Source: a phage. From it: a stretch of DNA of 64,000 bases. A program made the translations under genes and the position numbers. The notes below the pieces were generated by a model, which searched no databases, was not told where the DNA came from, and saw only the letters and a list, made by a program, of their open reading frames with translations. The stretch lies in assembly GCA_011939005.1 (NCBI GenBank), contig GCA_011939005.1_4858.1; one strand, 5' to 3'. Positions 8,586 through 17,633 of this stretch are shown one piece after another; position 1 is the first letter of the stretch; every line of letters begins with the position of its first letter.

Positions 8586-9223
8586 CACTTCTCTCCACTA
8601 AGCAGGTATATGGCTTCTGCCAATGACAGGGACGGTTTTAACAGCATGTGTAGCGGCAGGATTGTTGAACGGTGAAACTGTGCCGGTGTTTTTGCCAGGT
8701 GTTCCAGATAGCGATTGACTGACATTTCTTGCCAATCGATAGTAGGTCGAACCCAGCTTATCTGTAACCATTTCCCCAATGAGACGTCACGCTTACCGCG
8801 TGGCATAATTATACTTAACTTGTACCCGTGGTCGAACTGACGCGGTGGATGACCTGGTTCCCAAGGAACTTCGGGACCTAACGCATCTGCAAGAAACCCT
8901 TCTTTAATTAACACATTTCTGACGGCAGCGAATATCCGTCCTCGTTGCGCGGTGATCTCTTTGACGTGTGCCATGGCATTTAGTTTACGTTTGGTAATTG
9001 CAGCGGAAAGCGCGCTGACAAACTGCCCTTCAACATACGGGGCGTTTAAGCAGCTACGAAACGGCACTACGTAAAACGCCTCCCACAATACTTCTTCGAC
9101 TGCCGCCAATAACAGCGCTTCTTTCTCAGCTGCAGTAAAATCCACAGACAGCATTTTGGTAAACGAACCTAATATAGCGCTAAACGGTAGTAGTACAGAC
9201 CGTTGACGAAATTGTAATTGCAT
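8585..9223 (-). CDS. hypothetical protein
   Basis: 212-aa ORF, AAGGAA SD upstream of ATG 9223. Confidence 0.5.
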   Translation of the reverse strand: MQLQFRQRSVLLPFSAILGSFTKMLSVDFTAAEKEALLLAAVEEVLWEAFYVVPFRSCLNAPYVEGQFVSALSAAITKRKLNAMAHVKEITAQRGRIFAAVRNVLIKEGFLADALGPEVPWEPGHPPRQFDHGYKLSIIMPRGKRDVSLGKWLQISWVRPTIDWQEMSVNRYLEHLAKTPAQFHRSTILPLHMLLKPSLSLAEAIYLLSGEK

Positions 9224-9280
9224 TTTTTATATTCCTTTTGGGTCGTGCTTACACAGTAATTTACGTAGACGTAATAAAAA

Positions 9281-9304
9281 AAATAAGAAGCCTCTTCCCC
9301 CGGA
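9281..9304 (-). terminator. intrinsic terminator hairpin
   Basis: stem CCTCTTC/GAAGAGG around a CCCCCGGAGGA loop; A-run 9266-9275 on +; follows stop of 9321-9893. Confidence 0.4.
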
Positions 9305-9320
9305 GGAGAAGAGGGCTTAA

Positions 9321-9893
9321 TTACACTTTAGGTGCGGTAGTCTGTTGCTTCGCGTTGCTCTTATTCAGCTTGTATTCAACAACTTTGGCACCAATGGCCA
9401 TCGAATTGTAAGCAAGCGTCTTAATCGGCCATGTAAAGAACACGGCCTGAGCAAACAAAGGTAAGAGCGCCACAATCAGCACATCCGTTAACTCTTCTGG
9501 ATAATGCAGGTGTGTGTCCCAGGCCATCGCGCCAGTAATCACCACAGTGGTCAGCACCAACAAAACGATAAGGACTTTCTGAGGACCTTTTAAATTCGGC
9601 CACAGGGTCAATAACGTTTCTTTGGCAAGCTTTTCATCCATACTCTCCACAGCTGCTTTCGCCTGTGATTCAAACGTCTTCGCCATATTCCCAACCTGTT
9701 CAAGAATCAGGGGGCGTAGTGACGTAAGAATCACGTTAGCAGGCTTAGTGACATCAATTACAACATCACTTCCCAAAGCGGTCTGAGCGGCTTTTTTTAG
9801 TCGGGCGCTCTCTTCCAGGCTTAATTTGTTGGTGCCCGCCTGGATAAGAACATCCAACACATCCGTCGAAGCTTCTTGCAAAGACTGCGACAT
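9321..9893 (-). CDS. integral membrane protein
   Basis: two to three hydrophobic helices (VLIVLLVLTTVVITGAMAW, VLIVALLPLFAQAVFF); GGAGGAAAT SD. Confidence 0.5.
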   Translation of the reverse strand: MSQSLQEASTDVLDVLIQAGTNKLSLEESARLKKAAQTALGSDVVIDVTKPANVILTSLRPLILEQVGNMAKTFESQAKAAVESMDEKLAKETLLTLWPNLKGPQKVLIVLLVLTTVVITGAMAWDTHLHYPEELTDVLIVALLPLFAQAVFFTWPIKTLAYNSMAIGAKVVEYKLNKSNAKQQTTAPKV

Positions 9894-9895
9894 CG

Positions 9896-10513
9896 CTATT
9901 TCCTCCGGCGTCTTCCTTTCCGCTTACCGGCCTTAGCTTTAGGAACCTTAACCTTGGGCGGAAGGAGACTATTTAGGTTTAATAAGTTGACCCTGACGAA
10001 GATATTACCCACCGCCACGGCATCGATACTGTGTTCATCCAATACCGATAAGTCGCACCGGGTATGGTTTGCGTAGAGTTTGGTCACCGCTTGCTGCATA
10101 TGCGATTTATCTGTACCCTTTGCTTCCACACCAACGTACGACTTCACAATAATAGGATTAAACCCATGGAGATATTTTTCGGGAAACACGTCCCAAAGCG
10201 TTCGCCGCAACATCAGTTGCAATTCCACCCCAGATTCGTACGCTGAGAGCTTAGCTCTTCGCATGAACGGAGTTTCGGTAGCGACAAAAGTCGGCCTTGC
10301 CAGTTTTAAAAACTCACGAAAGCGTTCTTCTAATTCTACCAAACGCGCATCGCGTTTCCCTACGCACTCACCAAAAGAGCCATTGTGCGTAGGGTCCGCA
10401 ACATGAGCCGTGCCCGCCCAGACAACTTCACCTTGAGGTTGGCCAAATTCCCAGTCGATAACCGCCATCCCAAGATGGGCAGTACCGGGGTCAACAGCCG
10501 CAATCCTCACCAT
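9896..10513 (-). CDS. RuvC-like Holliday junction resolvase
   Basis: IAAVDPGTAHLGMAVI, VATETPF, KSHMQQAV and DAVAVGN align by eye with RuvC catalytic regions; start set at MVRIAAV (ATG 10513), alternative ATG at 10546. Confidence 0.6.
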   Translation of the reverse strand: MVRIAAVDPGTAHLGMAVIDWEFGQPQGEVVWAGTAHVADPTHNGSFGECVGKRDARLVELEERFREFLKLARPTFVATETPFMRRAKLSAYESGVELQLMLRRTLWDVFPEKYLHGFNPIIVKSYVGVEAKGTDKSHMQQAVTKLYANHTRCDLSVLDEHSIDAVAVGNIFVRVNLLNLNSLLPPKVKVPKAKAGKRKGRRRRK

Positions 10514-10545
10514 ACTGTCGGGTAACCTCGGCTCAGGAATCAGCA

Positions 10546-11433
10546 TCAGTTAGCTGTCCCTAAGAACCACGGTGCCGGCTGGCCGATACGGATGGTCAGT
10601 GACAGACGATCGTTGGTCTGTGCCAGGTTAGTGAACAGGGAGATGTAGTACAACGCCTGCACACCGATAGCTTCGTCGTAGCTGAACTGTGAACCGGTAG
10701 CCGACTCACCCGTTTCAGGGGTATCAACGCCAGAGCACAGCGCAATTTCAGAGATAATCGAACTGCGTGGCGTACCACGTAGAATCGCCGTCACGTTCAT
10801 GTATTCCTGAACATCAAACTCAGTCCATGGAATCACCAGGTCTGCGCCCGATTCAACATAACGACCGTCGGGGATCTCTACAGTGCCGTCATCGTCGTAA
10901 TCGTAGTCTGGGAGTTCTTTCGGTACCGGGTTCAGTTCCGCATCGGTATAGACGAAATCTTTGACGGTTTCAACACCGTTTTCGCGAGTGATATCCAGGT
11001 CAGTGGTCTTCACTGCGCGCATGTCGATACGTTTCAGATAATACGCCCAGTAATCCCGCGCGCCGATAGTTTCACGAGTACGGAAAGCGTACTGTTTACG
11101 TTGCTCATCAGACAAGTCATTATCCAACGTACGCAGTACCAATGGAACGCGCGAGAACATCCCTGACGCAATCGGGGATTTCGCGACGGGAACAACGTCT
11201 GCCACAACATCAGACTGATCAACGATGTGACCACGGTTACCCACGCACATGTATCCTAAATGCGGACGTGTAGCGCCATCGGGAACTTTCGAGGTCATGA
11301 GTTTATAAAACTCGTTCATCGTGGATTTCTGTGGGTACTGCACGTCAGCACCTGTCAATAACGCGGTCGTAAGTCGCATCGCGTTAAGAGTCACTGTTGA
11401 CAGTTTACCATCGTAAACTTTGGTGTTAGCCAT
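10546..11433 (-). CDS. hypothetical protein, possible structural protein
   Basis: 295-aa ORF, AGGAGA SD. Confidence 0.5.
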   Translation of the reverse strand: MANTKVYDGKLSTVTLNAMRLTTALLTGADVQYPQKSTMNEFYKLMTSKVPDGATRPHLGYMCVGNRGHIVDQSDVVADVVPVAKSPIASGMFSRVPLVLRTLDNDLSDEQRKQYAFRTRETIGARDYWAYYLKRIDMRAVKTTDLDITRENGVETVKDFVYTDAELNPVPKELPDYDYDDDGTVEIPDGRYVESGADLVIPWTEFDVQEYMNVTAILRGTPRSSIISEIALCSGVDTPETGESATGSQFSYDEAIGVQALYYISLFTNLAQTNDRLSLTIRIGQPAPWFLGTAN

Positions 11434-11953
11434 TTAAAAATTCTCCTGGGCGAAACCCGTCGAGTGCCCGTTTAGTTACCAGCTGCGCCAGCTTACGGGG
11501 AGTTGGGTCAACAAAAGTAATCGCAATCGTGCCTTTGAAAGATAGATGGTGCGGGATTAAGCGCGCCTCATACGATTCCATTTCCGGGGTAATCGGTTCA
11601 ACCATGATATCATAGGTGTCAAGCTGGAGACCCAGCTCATCGACAATATACGGAACTAATTCATGGCTCCATTCCGCCGCACCCTTCGGGACTTCAACCG
11701 TTACGTCTTTAAGTAACTTGTTTAAGTCCGCGCGAGTCAGGTAAAACTCTTGGGTGCCATGTACCCCATTTACAAAGCGCGCCGCAACTTTAGACTCCAC
11801 ACCTTTAGCGCGTCGCTCTGCTTGGGTTAACGGCCACACCCCACGTGGGTTAAACTCGTAGTTATTTTCACTATACGATAACTTAAAAACGTAATTGATT
11901 CTCTCAATCAGAATCTGTTTCGGGGTTTTTGATAAATCTATACGGTATCCCAT
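11426..11953 (-). CDS. hypothetical protein
   Basis: 175-aa ORF with SD-like AAGTGAGAGA. Confidence 0.5.
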   Translation of the reverse strand: MGYRIDLSKTPKQILIERINYVFKLSYSENNYEFNPRGVWPLTQAERRAKGVESKVAARFVNGVHGTQEFYLTRADLNKLLKDVTVEVPKGAAEWSHELVPYIVDELGLQLDTYDIMVEPITPEMESYEARLIPHHLSFKGTIAITFVDPTPRKLAQLVTKRALDGFRPGEFLNG

Positions 11954-11960
11954 AAATCTC

Positions 11961-14144
11961 TCACTTTGGTAATTGGTCTAACCGGAAGCCATCCATGTCA
12001 CGGTCGGCCACGCGCTCGGCAAGCGTCAGCTCCTCAAATGACGTCCGCACACGGATAATATCAATAGGCGGCTGTACCATATCGACCACAACATCCTGCT
12101 CGACCTTCACGCGGATACCAGGGTAGACATTCATCCGCAACTTAATACGTTGCGGGATTGCCATTTCCTTTATCACGGGAGCGACAGGGATGGGCTTATC
12201 CGTCGTCATGAATGAACTACGGCTCACACGCTGCACGTCTGTCAGAGGGTAAATGATATTTGTTGTATCGGCAGCCTCTGCGAGAATATCATCCAGAATC
12301 GGGATGACTGGGTCGGTGACATCGTAGGTGTCAGAACCCATACGTGCGGCAAAATGGACAGTGTACGACGAAAGCTTCGTCATTAACCGCACCATCGCGC
12401 GTTGTATTTCAGCTTGTGAGACAGACGCACGTGTTTCCAGATTAGTGGCCACGTTTAAAGCGTCGGTGGCGATATCCTGCCAGGTTTCCGCGGAGACTAA
12501 CTCGTAATCAAAACCAAACGTTTTGAAGAACTCGTCGTAATCGCGGTAAGGTAGGTCAAGATCGCACTTATAGTCACGGTAATGATAGGTAAACAGCATT
12601 GTGCCGGCAGCACGGTCGGCTAGCTTGTGTCGATTATACGAGTAACGGTAACGACGACGCTTCTGCACCATGATTTCGCTGATTTCATCGTACAGCTCAT
12701 CTGCAGACATCAAATTACCGATAACTTCATGATGCGTGTCCGTGTAATAGTTAATCAACGCATTAAAACGACCGGGCCATGAGCTTGGCAGATGCTGCTC
12801 CATCTCATCAAAACCAACCCAGCGTTTGATTAACACACCAAACACGTTCCACACCGGGATCTTATCCAGTGCTACGCCAGAATAACCTTTGAAGCTCGCA
12901 TACAAGAACAGTGCCAGCAGCTCTTTTGAAGTGAGCTTTAGCGTATCCCCGTTCGTTGGGTTAAGAATTTCGTGGTAAATGTTGTACTGTCCACGTGCCA
13001 CGATATGCATCCACTCGTTGAACAAGCCATGCATAAATTCCCAACGTTCGATGGCCTCTGGGTCAATCGCCGTTACCTCAACTAACTTCGTTGGCAGGTT
13101 CGGATACTGCGTCAAGCTCAAACGCCGATCGAGGTCTTCCTGATAGTCAGGTTCGTGCACTGGGTTATTGTACGCCAGTTTGATTTCTTTCTGGATGATG
13201 TCAGTTGTGCTAACAATGTCCAGGTCACGGCCCGAGTCACGTTCAGTATAGTTAAGCGACGACTGGTAGCCGATCGGGAGTGGTGTCAGGTCATCGTCGC
13301 TGCCCGTCGTCGGGTCGTGAATCTGCTGGGCGACCTTATATCCAACAGCAGGCATACCCCAACCTGTCAGCAGGGTGTCAATCATCCAAGTAAAGATTTC
13401 TTCCTTACCAGAGTTACGTTCCCAGTAACGGATATTGCGATACAGTGTGAATTTCTGCTTGAGGGTCAGGTACGGCATGAACTCGTGCAGTTCTTGGTGC
13501 GAAGCCAAGAACTCGGTCACGTAGTAGGAGTGCGTTTCGGTCGTAAACTGTAATCGTTTGCGGATGTACATGATAAGCCCCGGCCACACCGGGTACTGCT
13601 GCATGTAAAAGGCCAGTACGAAACAGTCGTTGTGAACTTTCCAGCCATCGGCCATGAAACGTACATGTGCCGCACGAATAAAGTTCTCAATATGTGTAAT
13701 TAACGACGTCTCCTGCGGTTCAACTAAAGCAGGATCGTAATACAAAATTGAGCAGTCATCGACACGTATCGCGTATGCAATATCAATCGGATTGAAAGTG
13801 CCGCGAATGTATACTGCGTAGTCCGGATACTCGGCGATTAAGTCATCGATATACTCCGGGTTAGAACGATATACGTTTGAGGTCTTTTTATGACGGGAGA
13901 GGTTCTGCGTCGTTAACTCTATCTGCTCTTGCGTGTCGAGTGACGTAATGTATATCGGCTTGTCGATTGCATGTCGTTTACCTGCTAAGTGTAGGTAATA
14001 CCGCCACGTCTCACGGTTCTCGGAAACGAAACCGCCGTTTTTGGTTATTGCCAGGTTCATCTGTTGTGCGATGCTCTCTGATTTGACAATCAGGGATTTC
14101 GCTAACTGGATAGCCTGGTCACGAAAAATGTTAAATCTCTGCAT
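11961..14144 (-). CDS. hypothetical large protein (727 aa)
   Basis: long ORF; first in-frame ATG at 14144 (ORF-track start 14156 is TTG); diverges from the plus-strand gene starting at 14156. Confidence 0.5.
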   Translation of the reverse strand: MQRFNIFRDQAIQLAKSLIVKSESIAQQMNLAITKNGGFVSENRETWRYYLHLAGKRHAIDKPIYITSLDTQEQIELTTQNLSRHKKTSNVYRSNPEYIDDLIAEYPDYAVYIRGTFNPIDIAYAIRVDDCSILYYDPALVEPQETSLITHIENFIRAAHVRFMADGWKVHNDCFVLAFYMQQYPVWPGLIMYIRKRLQFTTETHSYYVTEFLASHQELHEFMPYLTLKQKFTLYRNIRYWERNSGKEEIFTWMIDTLLTGWGMPAVGYKVAQQIHDPTTGSDDDLTPLPIGYQSSLNYTERDSGRDLDIVSTTDIIQKEIKLAYNNPVHEPDYQEDLDRRLSLTQYPNLPTKLVEVTAIDPEAIERWEFMHGLFNEWMHIVARGQYNIYHEILNPTNGDTLKLTSKELLALFLYASFKGYSGVALDKIPVWNVFGVLIKRWVGFDEMEQHLPSSWPGRFNALINYYTDTHHEVIGNLMSADELYDEISEIMVQKRRRYRYSYNRHKLADRAAGTMLFTYHYRDYKCDLDLPYRDYDEFFKTFGFDYELVSAETWQDIATDALNVATNLETRASVSQAEIQRAMVRLMTKLSSYTVHFAARMGSDTYDVTDPVIPILDDILAEAADTTNIIYPLTDVQRVSRSSFMTTDKPIPVAPVIKEMAIPQRIKLRMNVYPGIRVKVEQDVVVDMVQPPIDIIRVRTSFEELTLAERVADRDMDGFRLDQLPK

Positions 14145-14155
14145 CGGAGACCCCA

Positions 14156-16900
14156 ATGGAAGATATTAGTAAATTAACGGGCGACCCCGCGGTAGCTGCC
14201 ATACTGCGTAAGTCCACGAGCCCGTCGGCTCAGCAGCAACGCGGTAAGCGTGAAGATGGCGGTGTTACACCAACCCGTACAGAACTCACGGGCATTGCGA
14301 GTAGCCGCATTCGCACCGTTAAAAATGCCGAACGTATCTTTGATGCGCTCCCTGAGTTAGAGGTCATTGTTACCATCGCGACCTCCTCACTCCTGTCCAC
14401 AAAAGATTTGATTAACACCACGCTGATTTACGACAACGTGGCTGATATCCCGATCGACCTGCGTCAGCAGTTATTGGAACCTGTGCGTGAATTCCATGAC
14501 CACACGCGCCAGTTGCCCAACAAACTGTATCAGTGGATTTACGATGCACTGAAATCCAAAGGCGCGAGCCCAGTGTTGCTGATTTCAGATACCGGATTCG
14601 ATGAACTCTTCGGCTTAAAGCCGTCTGTTGCAACCGAATCGTTGCGCCGTAGCCAATCTGACTTCTTTGAACGTCAGTTGGGTATCCTGGGCAAGATTGG
14701 CGGTGAGAACAAACCGAAGGTTGGTGTAGAAAGTATTCTGGGCCGTGCACGTGGCGCTGACAAGCCCACCAAGCCACAAACCATTAAACTTAACTTTGCA
14801 TCAGCCCCTAACAGTCCGTTTAAAGCAGACGGTATGTTAGCTTCCCTGGATATCGTTATCACCGACAACCCGCGTATTACCCTGCTACCAGAGGCTTATC
14901 GCCGTGTGGCACAGGAGAATGCTCGCACCGGCCTGTTCGGTCAGTTAGAGCAGTACGCATATGAACAACCTTCTACGCCGACAGGTGCGTCAGAGTATAA
15001 CGCTGACCAGTTCACAGACAGCGAACAAGAGAAGGCAAAACTCGGTTTAATCAACATCGGCGACCTCAACGAAGCGTACCAGAAAACGCCTGAGCAAAAG
15101 CTTTACGGCGAAGTACCGAAGATGAGTTTCTCCGATGCTAACAAAATCGAATACACGGAACGATTACTGCCAGCAGAGTCCACACTCCCGCTCGTTATCG
15201 GTGATGATGTTCGTAACCCCATAGGTTATCTGGCCATCGTTGACGAAATGGGTAACTTCATTAACTCGCGTTCCACACTTTACGGGGATGCGAACTTCAT
15301 GAACTACCTGAACAACGACGGTATGGTAGATTCGACAATCAACCGTGCGAATCTGGGGATGGGCAACACAACCAGAATCACACCAGACATTGCTAACCGC
15401 TTAACAGCGCGTTATGGTGAAATTGCTGAAGACCAGCTAACCAAAGCTCTGGGTGAGGCGTTGGGTGGTGCTGAGATTAGCATGACAGTAACCGAAACGT
15501 TCAGCCGTATCATGCTGGCGCGCCATCTGGCAAAACGCCATACGCAGGTTATTTATATTCCTGCGGAAAACCTTTGCTACTTCGCCACGGACTTTGATGA
15601 AGACGGCATCGGTGTGTCTATTACCGAACGTTCGTTCGTTATCTCTACTGTCCGTATGGCGCTGCTGTTCGCTACCATGAACTCTGCGGTGTTAAACTCT
15701 GCCCGTCACATGCAGTACGACATTGAGTTGGCGCCAGACGACATGAACGGTCAGAAAACAATTGACCAGCTGAAAACAGACATCATGAACTCCTATAACC
15801 GTCGTCAACCGATGTGGGGGGACATGAACGACACCTGGGCAATGACGACAAACGCAGGTATTGCGTTTAACGTTATTGGTAACGACTACTACGGTAGTAC
15901 CAAAGTGTCTGTGTCGGATACTACGCCGGATTATAAATACCCGGATAAGGATTTCGACGAAGGTCTGTTACGTCGCACTTGTCACATCGCAGGTGTTGAC
16001 CCTGACCTGGTAATGACCCCCGAGAACATCGAATTCGCTTCACAGATTTTCTCTAAATCGTTACTGGTCACCCAGCAGGTTGTTAAGAAGCAAGAGATTC
16101 TCTCTAAGCCACTGACACGTTACGTAGTTAATGGGATGTTGGCCTCTCCGTCGTTGCAATCAGCGATGATTAAAATCATTGCAGAGTACATCAACGCTAA
16201 CGGTAATGGGATGACTACTGACCAGATTACGAAAAAGGTCTCTGAGTACCTGGCTGCGTTTATCAACGGTATGAAAGTAACCTTACCACCGCCAGACACC
16301 TCTGCAGCAGCTTCGCAGATGGAGCTGTTCGATAAACGTACGGAGTTCTTTGAGAAGCTGGCTGATCTGGTTGTAACGGATGACATTGCTGCGCAACTCC
16401 AGCAAGAAGGCATCACGATGGACCCGAACGATCTGAAGACGATGATCAAGTCCTTCTATACGCGCAACTGGCTGCGTAAACAAGGCATTGAAACTGACTT
16501 CTTCGATCTGGTTTACGACGATAAATCTCGTCAAGACAACATCACCATGATGACTGATGAAGCGATGGCTGCTTCGAAGACGCTGATTCAGTTGGCGAAA
16601 CGTTTTACAGGTCGTCTGGAAACGTTGGCGAAAAATGCTGACCTTGACCCTAACGAATCTGCTGGCGGATTCAGCGGTGGTTTTGATGCGGGCGGTGACA
16701 CCGGTGGCGGCGAGGGAGATCTCGGTGGTGGAGGTGACGATGATTTAGACCTCGATTTCGATACGGATAACGGAACCGACGGGGATAGTACAGGGGAAAC
16801 GACTGAGTCGACCGAAACCACGGAAACAACTACCGAGGGAACGGAAGGCACAGAAGGTGGTGAAGGAACTACCGACGACAACCCAGACAACGTCCTCTAA
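14156..16900 (+). CDS. RNA polymerase beta-prime N-terminal-like subunit, variant catalytic motif DFDED
   Basis: SRIMLARHL...CYFATDFDEDGIGVS...RMALLFATMNSAVL parallels bacterial beta-prime NRAPTLHRL...NADFDGDQMAVH...ALMMSTNNIL; C-terminal Gly/Asp/Thr/Glu low-complexity tail; GGAGA SD. Confidence 0.5.
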   Translation: MEDISKLTGDPAVAAILRKSTSPSAQQQRGKREDGGVTPTRTELTGIASSRIRTVKNAERIFDALPELEVIVTIATSSLLSTKDLINTTLIYDNVADIPIDLRQQLLEPVREFHDHTRQLPNKLYQWIYDALKSKGASPVLLISDTGFDELFGLKPSVATESLRRSQSDFFERQLGILGKIGGENKPKVGVESILGRARGADKPTKPQTIKLNFASAPNSPFKADGMLASLDIVITDNPRITLLPEAYRRVAQENARTGLFGQLEQYAYEQPSTPTGASEYNADQFTDSEQEKAKLGLINIGDLNEAYQKTPEQKLYGEVPKMSFSDANKIEYTERLLPAESTLPLVIGDDVRNPIGYLAIVDEMGNFINSRSTLYGDANFMNYLNNDGMVDSTINRANLGMGNTTRITPDIANRLTARYGEIAEDQLTKALGEALGGAEISMTVTETFSRIMLARHLAKRHTQVIYIPAENLCYFATDFDEDGIGVSITERSFVISTVRMALLFATMNSAVLNSARHMQYDIELAPDDMNGQKTIDQLKTDIMNSYNRRQPMWGDMNDTWAMTTNAGIAFNVIGNDYYGSTKVSVSDTTPDYKYPDKDFDEGLLRRTCHIAGVDPDLVMTPENIEFASQIFSKSLLVTQQVVKKQEILSKPLTRYVVNGMLASPSLQSAMIKIIAEYINANGNGMTTDQITKKVSEYLAAFINGMKVTLPPPDTSAAASQMELFDKRTEFFEKLADLVVTDDIAAQLQQEGITMDPNDLKTMIKSFYTRNWLRKQGIETDFFDLVYDDKSRQDNITMMTDEAMAASKTLIQLAKRFTGRLETLAKNADLDPNESAGGFSGGFDAGGDTGGGEGDLGGGGDDDLDLDFDTDNGTDGDSTGETTESTETTETTTEGTEGTEGGEGTTDDNPDNVL

Positions 16901-16930
16901 ACAAAAAAAAAAGAAAAAGAAATAAGGTTT

Positions 16931-16952
16931 ACCTCTCCCTTCGGGGAGAGGT
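16931..16952. terminator. bidirectional intrinsic terminator between convergent genes
   Basis: stem ACCTCTCCC/GGGAGAGGT with TTCG loop; T-run on + after (16955-16967) and A-run before (16902-16920). Confidence 0.55.
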
Positions 16953-16964
16953 ACCTTTTCTTTT

Positions 16965-17267
16965 TTAATCTTCTGTAGCAGCTTTGGGTTTATTAACCAG
17001 TTCGTCGAGCATGATACCAATCGCCAGAGGGTCGTTCTGGAAAGGTTCTAGCTTTTCCAATACCTTTGTATCCTTTGCTGCTTTTAACGCCTTCAGGAGG
17101 CCTTTACGGGCGTTATAGAAGATTTGCCAGCGACGTCCATGACTGATCGCTGTTTTGGCTTTGTGGAAGTCGGCTAAGAAAGCTTCAGTCGCTTTGTTTT
17201 CAGGTAACTCAAAGCGAAAACGCACACTACGCTCAAAATCCATATTGACAACAATGAACTTTACCAT
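16965..17267 (-). CDS. hypothetical protein
   Basis: 100-aa ORF with GAGGT SD. Confidence 0.45.
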   Translation of the reverse strand: MVKFIVVNMDFERSVRFRFELPENKATEAFLADFHKAKTAISHGRRWQIFYNARKGLLKALKAAKDTKVLEKLEPFQNDPLAIGIMLDELVNKPKAATED

Positions 17268-17301
17268 GCTCGAACCTCATTATAGAGCTACTCTATAATA
17301 A

Positions 17302-17568
17302 TTACGCCAGCGTAATGTGGTACTTATCAATGTCAGGGAATCGCTCTTTGATCATCCCGCAGAACATATCCAACACCGGATCAGTTTTTGCGGCCTTCTC
17401 CATCTCAGGAAAAACACTACGCAGTGGCACGCCAGGGTTCTGCCCTGCCGTTTTCTTAAGCTCTTCTTTATACTTTGCCAACAGAGATTTAACCCCTGTT
17501 GTCTTCGGGAAGCCACACCCTGCGACCCCATCGTTTTCAAAATAGATTACTGCTTCAACACTAGACAT
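17302..17568 (-). CDS. hypothetical protein
   Basis: start at ATG 17568 with AAGGAG SD (ORF-track start 17586 is GTG). Confidence 0.45.
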   Translation of the reverse strand: MSSVEAVIYFENDGVAGCGFPKTTGVKSLLAKYKEELKKTAGQNPGVPLRSVFPEMEKAAKTDPVLDMFCGMIKERFPDIDKYHITLA

Positions 17569-17608
17569 TTTAATACTCCTTTTCACGATAAAATAAAAAA
17601 TAATAATA

Positions 17609-17626
17609 GGAGACCCGAAGGTCTCC
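17609..17626 (-). terminator. intrinsic terminator hairpin, UUCG loop
   Basis: stem GGAGACC/GGTCTCC with CGAA loop on +; A-rich tract 17591-17608 on +. Confidence 0.5.
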
Positions 17627-17633
17627 GTATTAC

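Noticed and set aside
13155-13553. 132-aa plus-strand ORF inside 11961-14144
   Set aside because: Fully embedded antisense in a long minus-strand gene, with no start signals.
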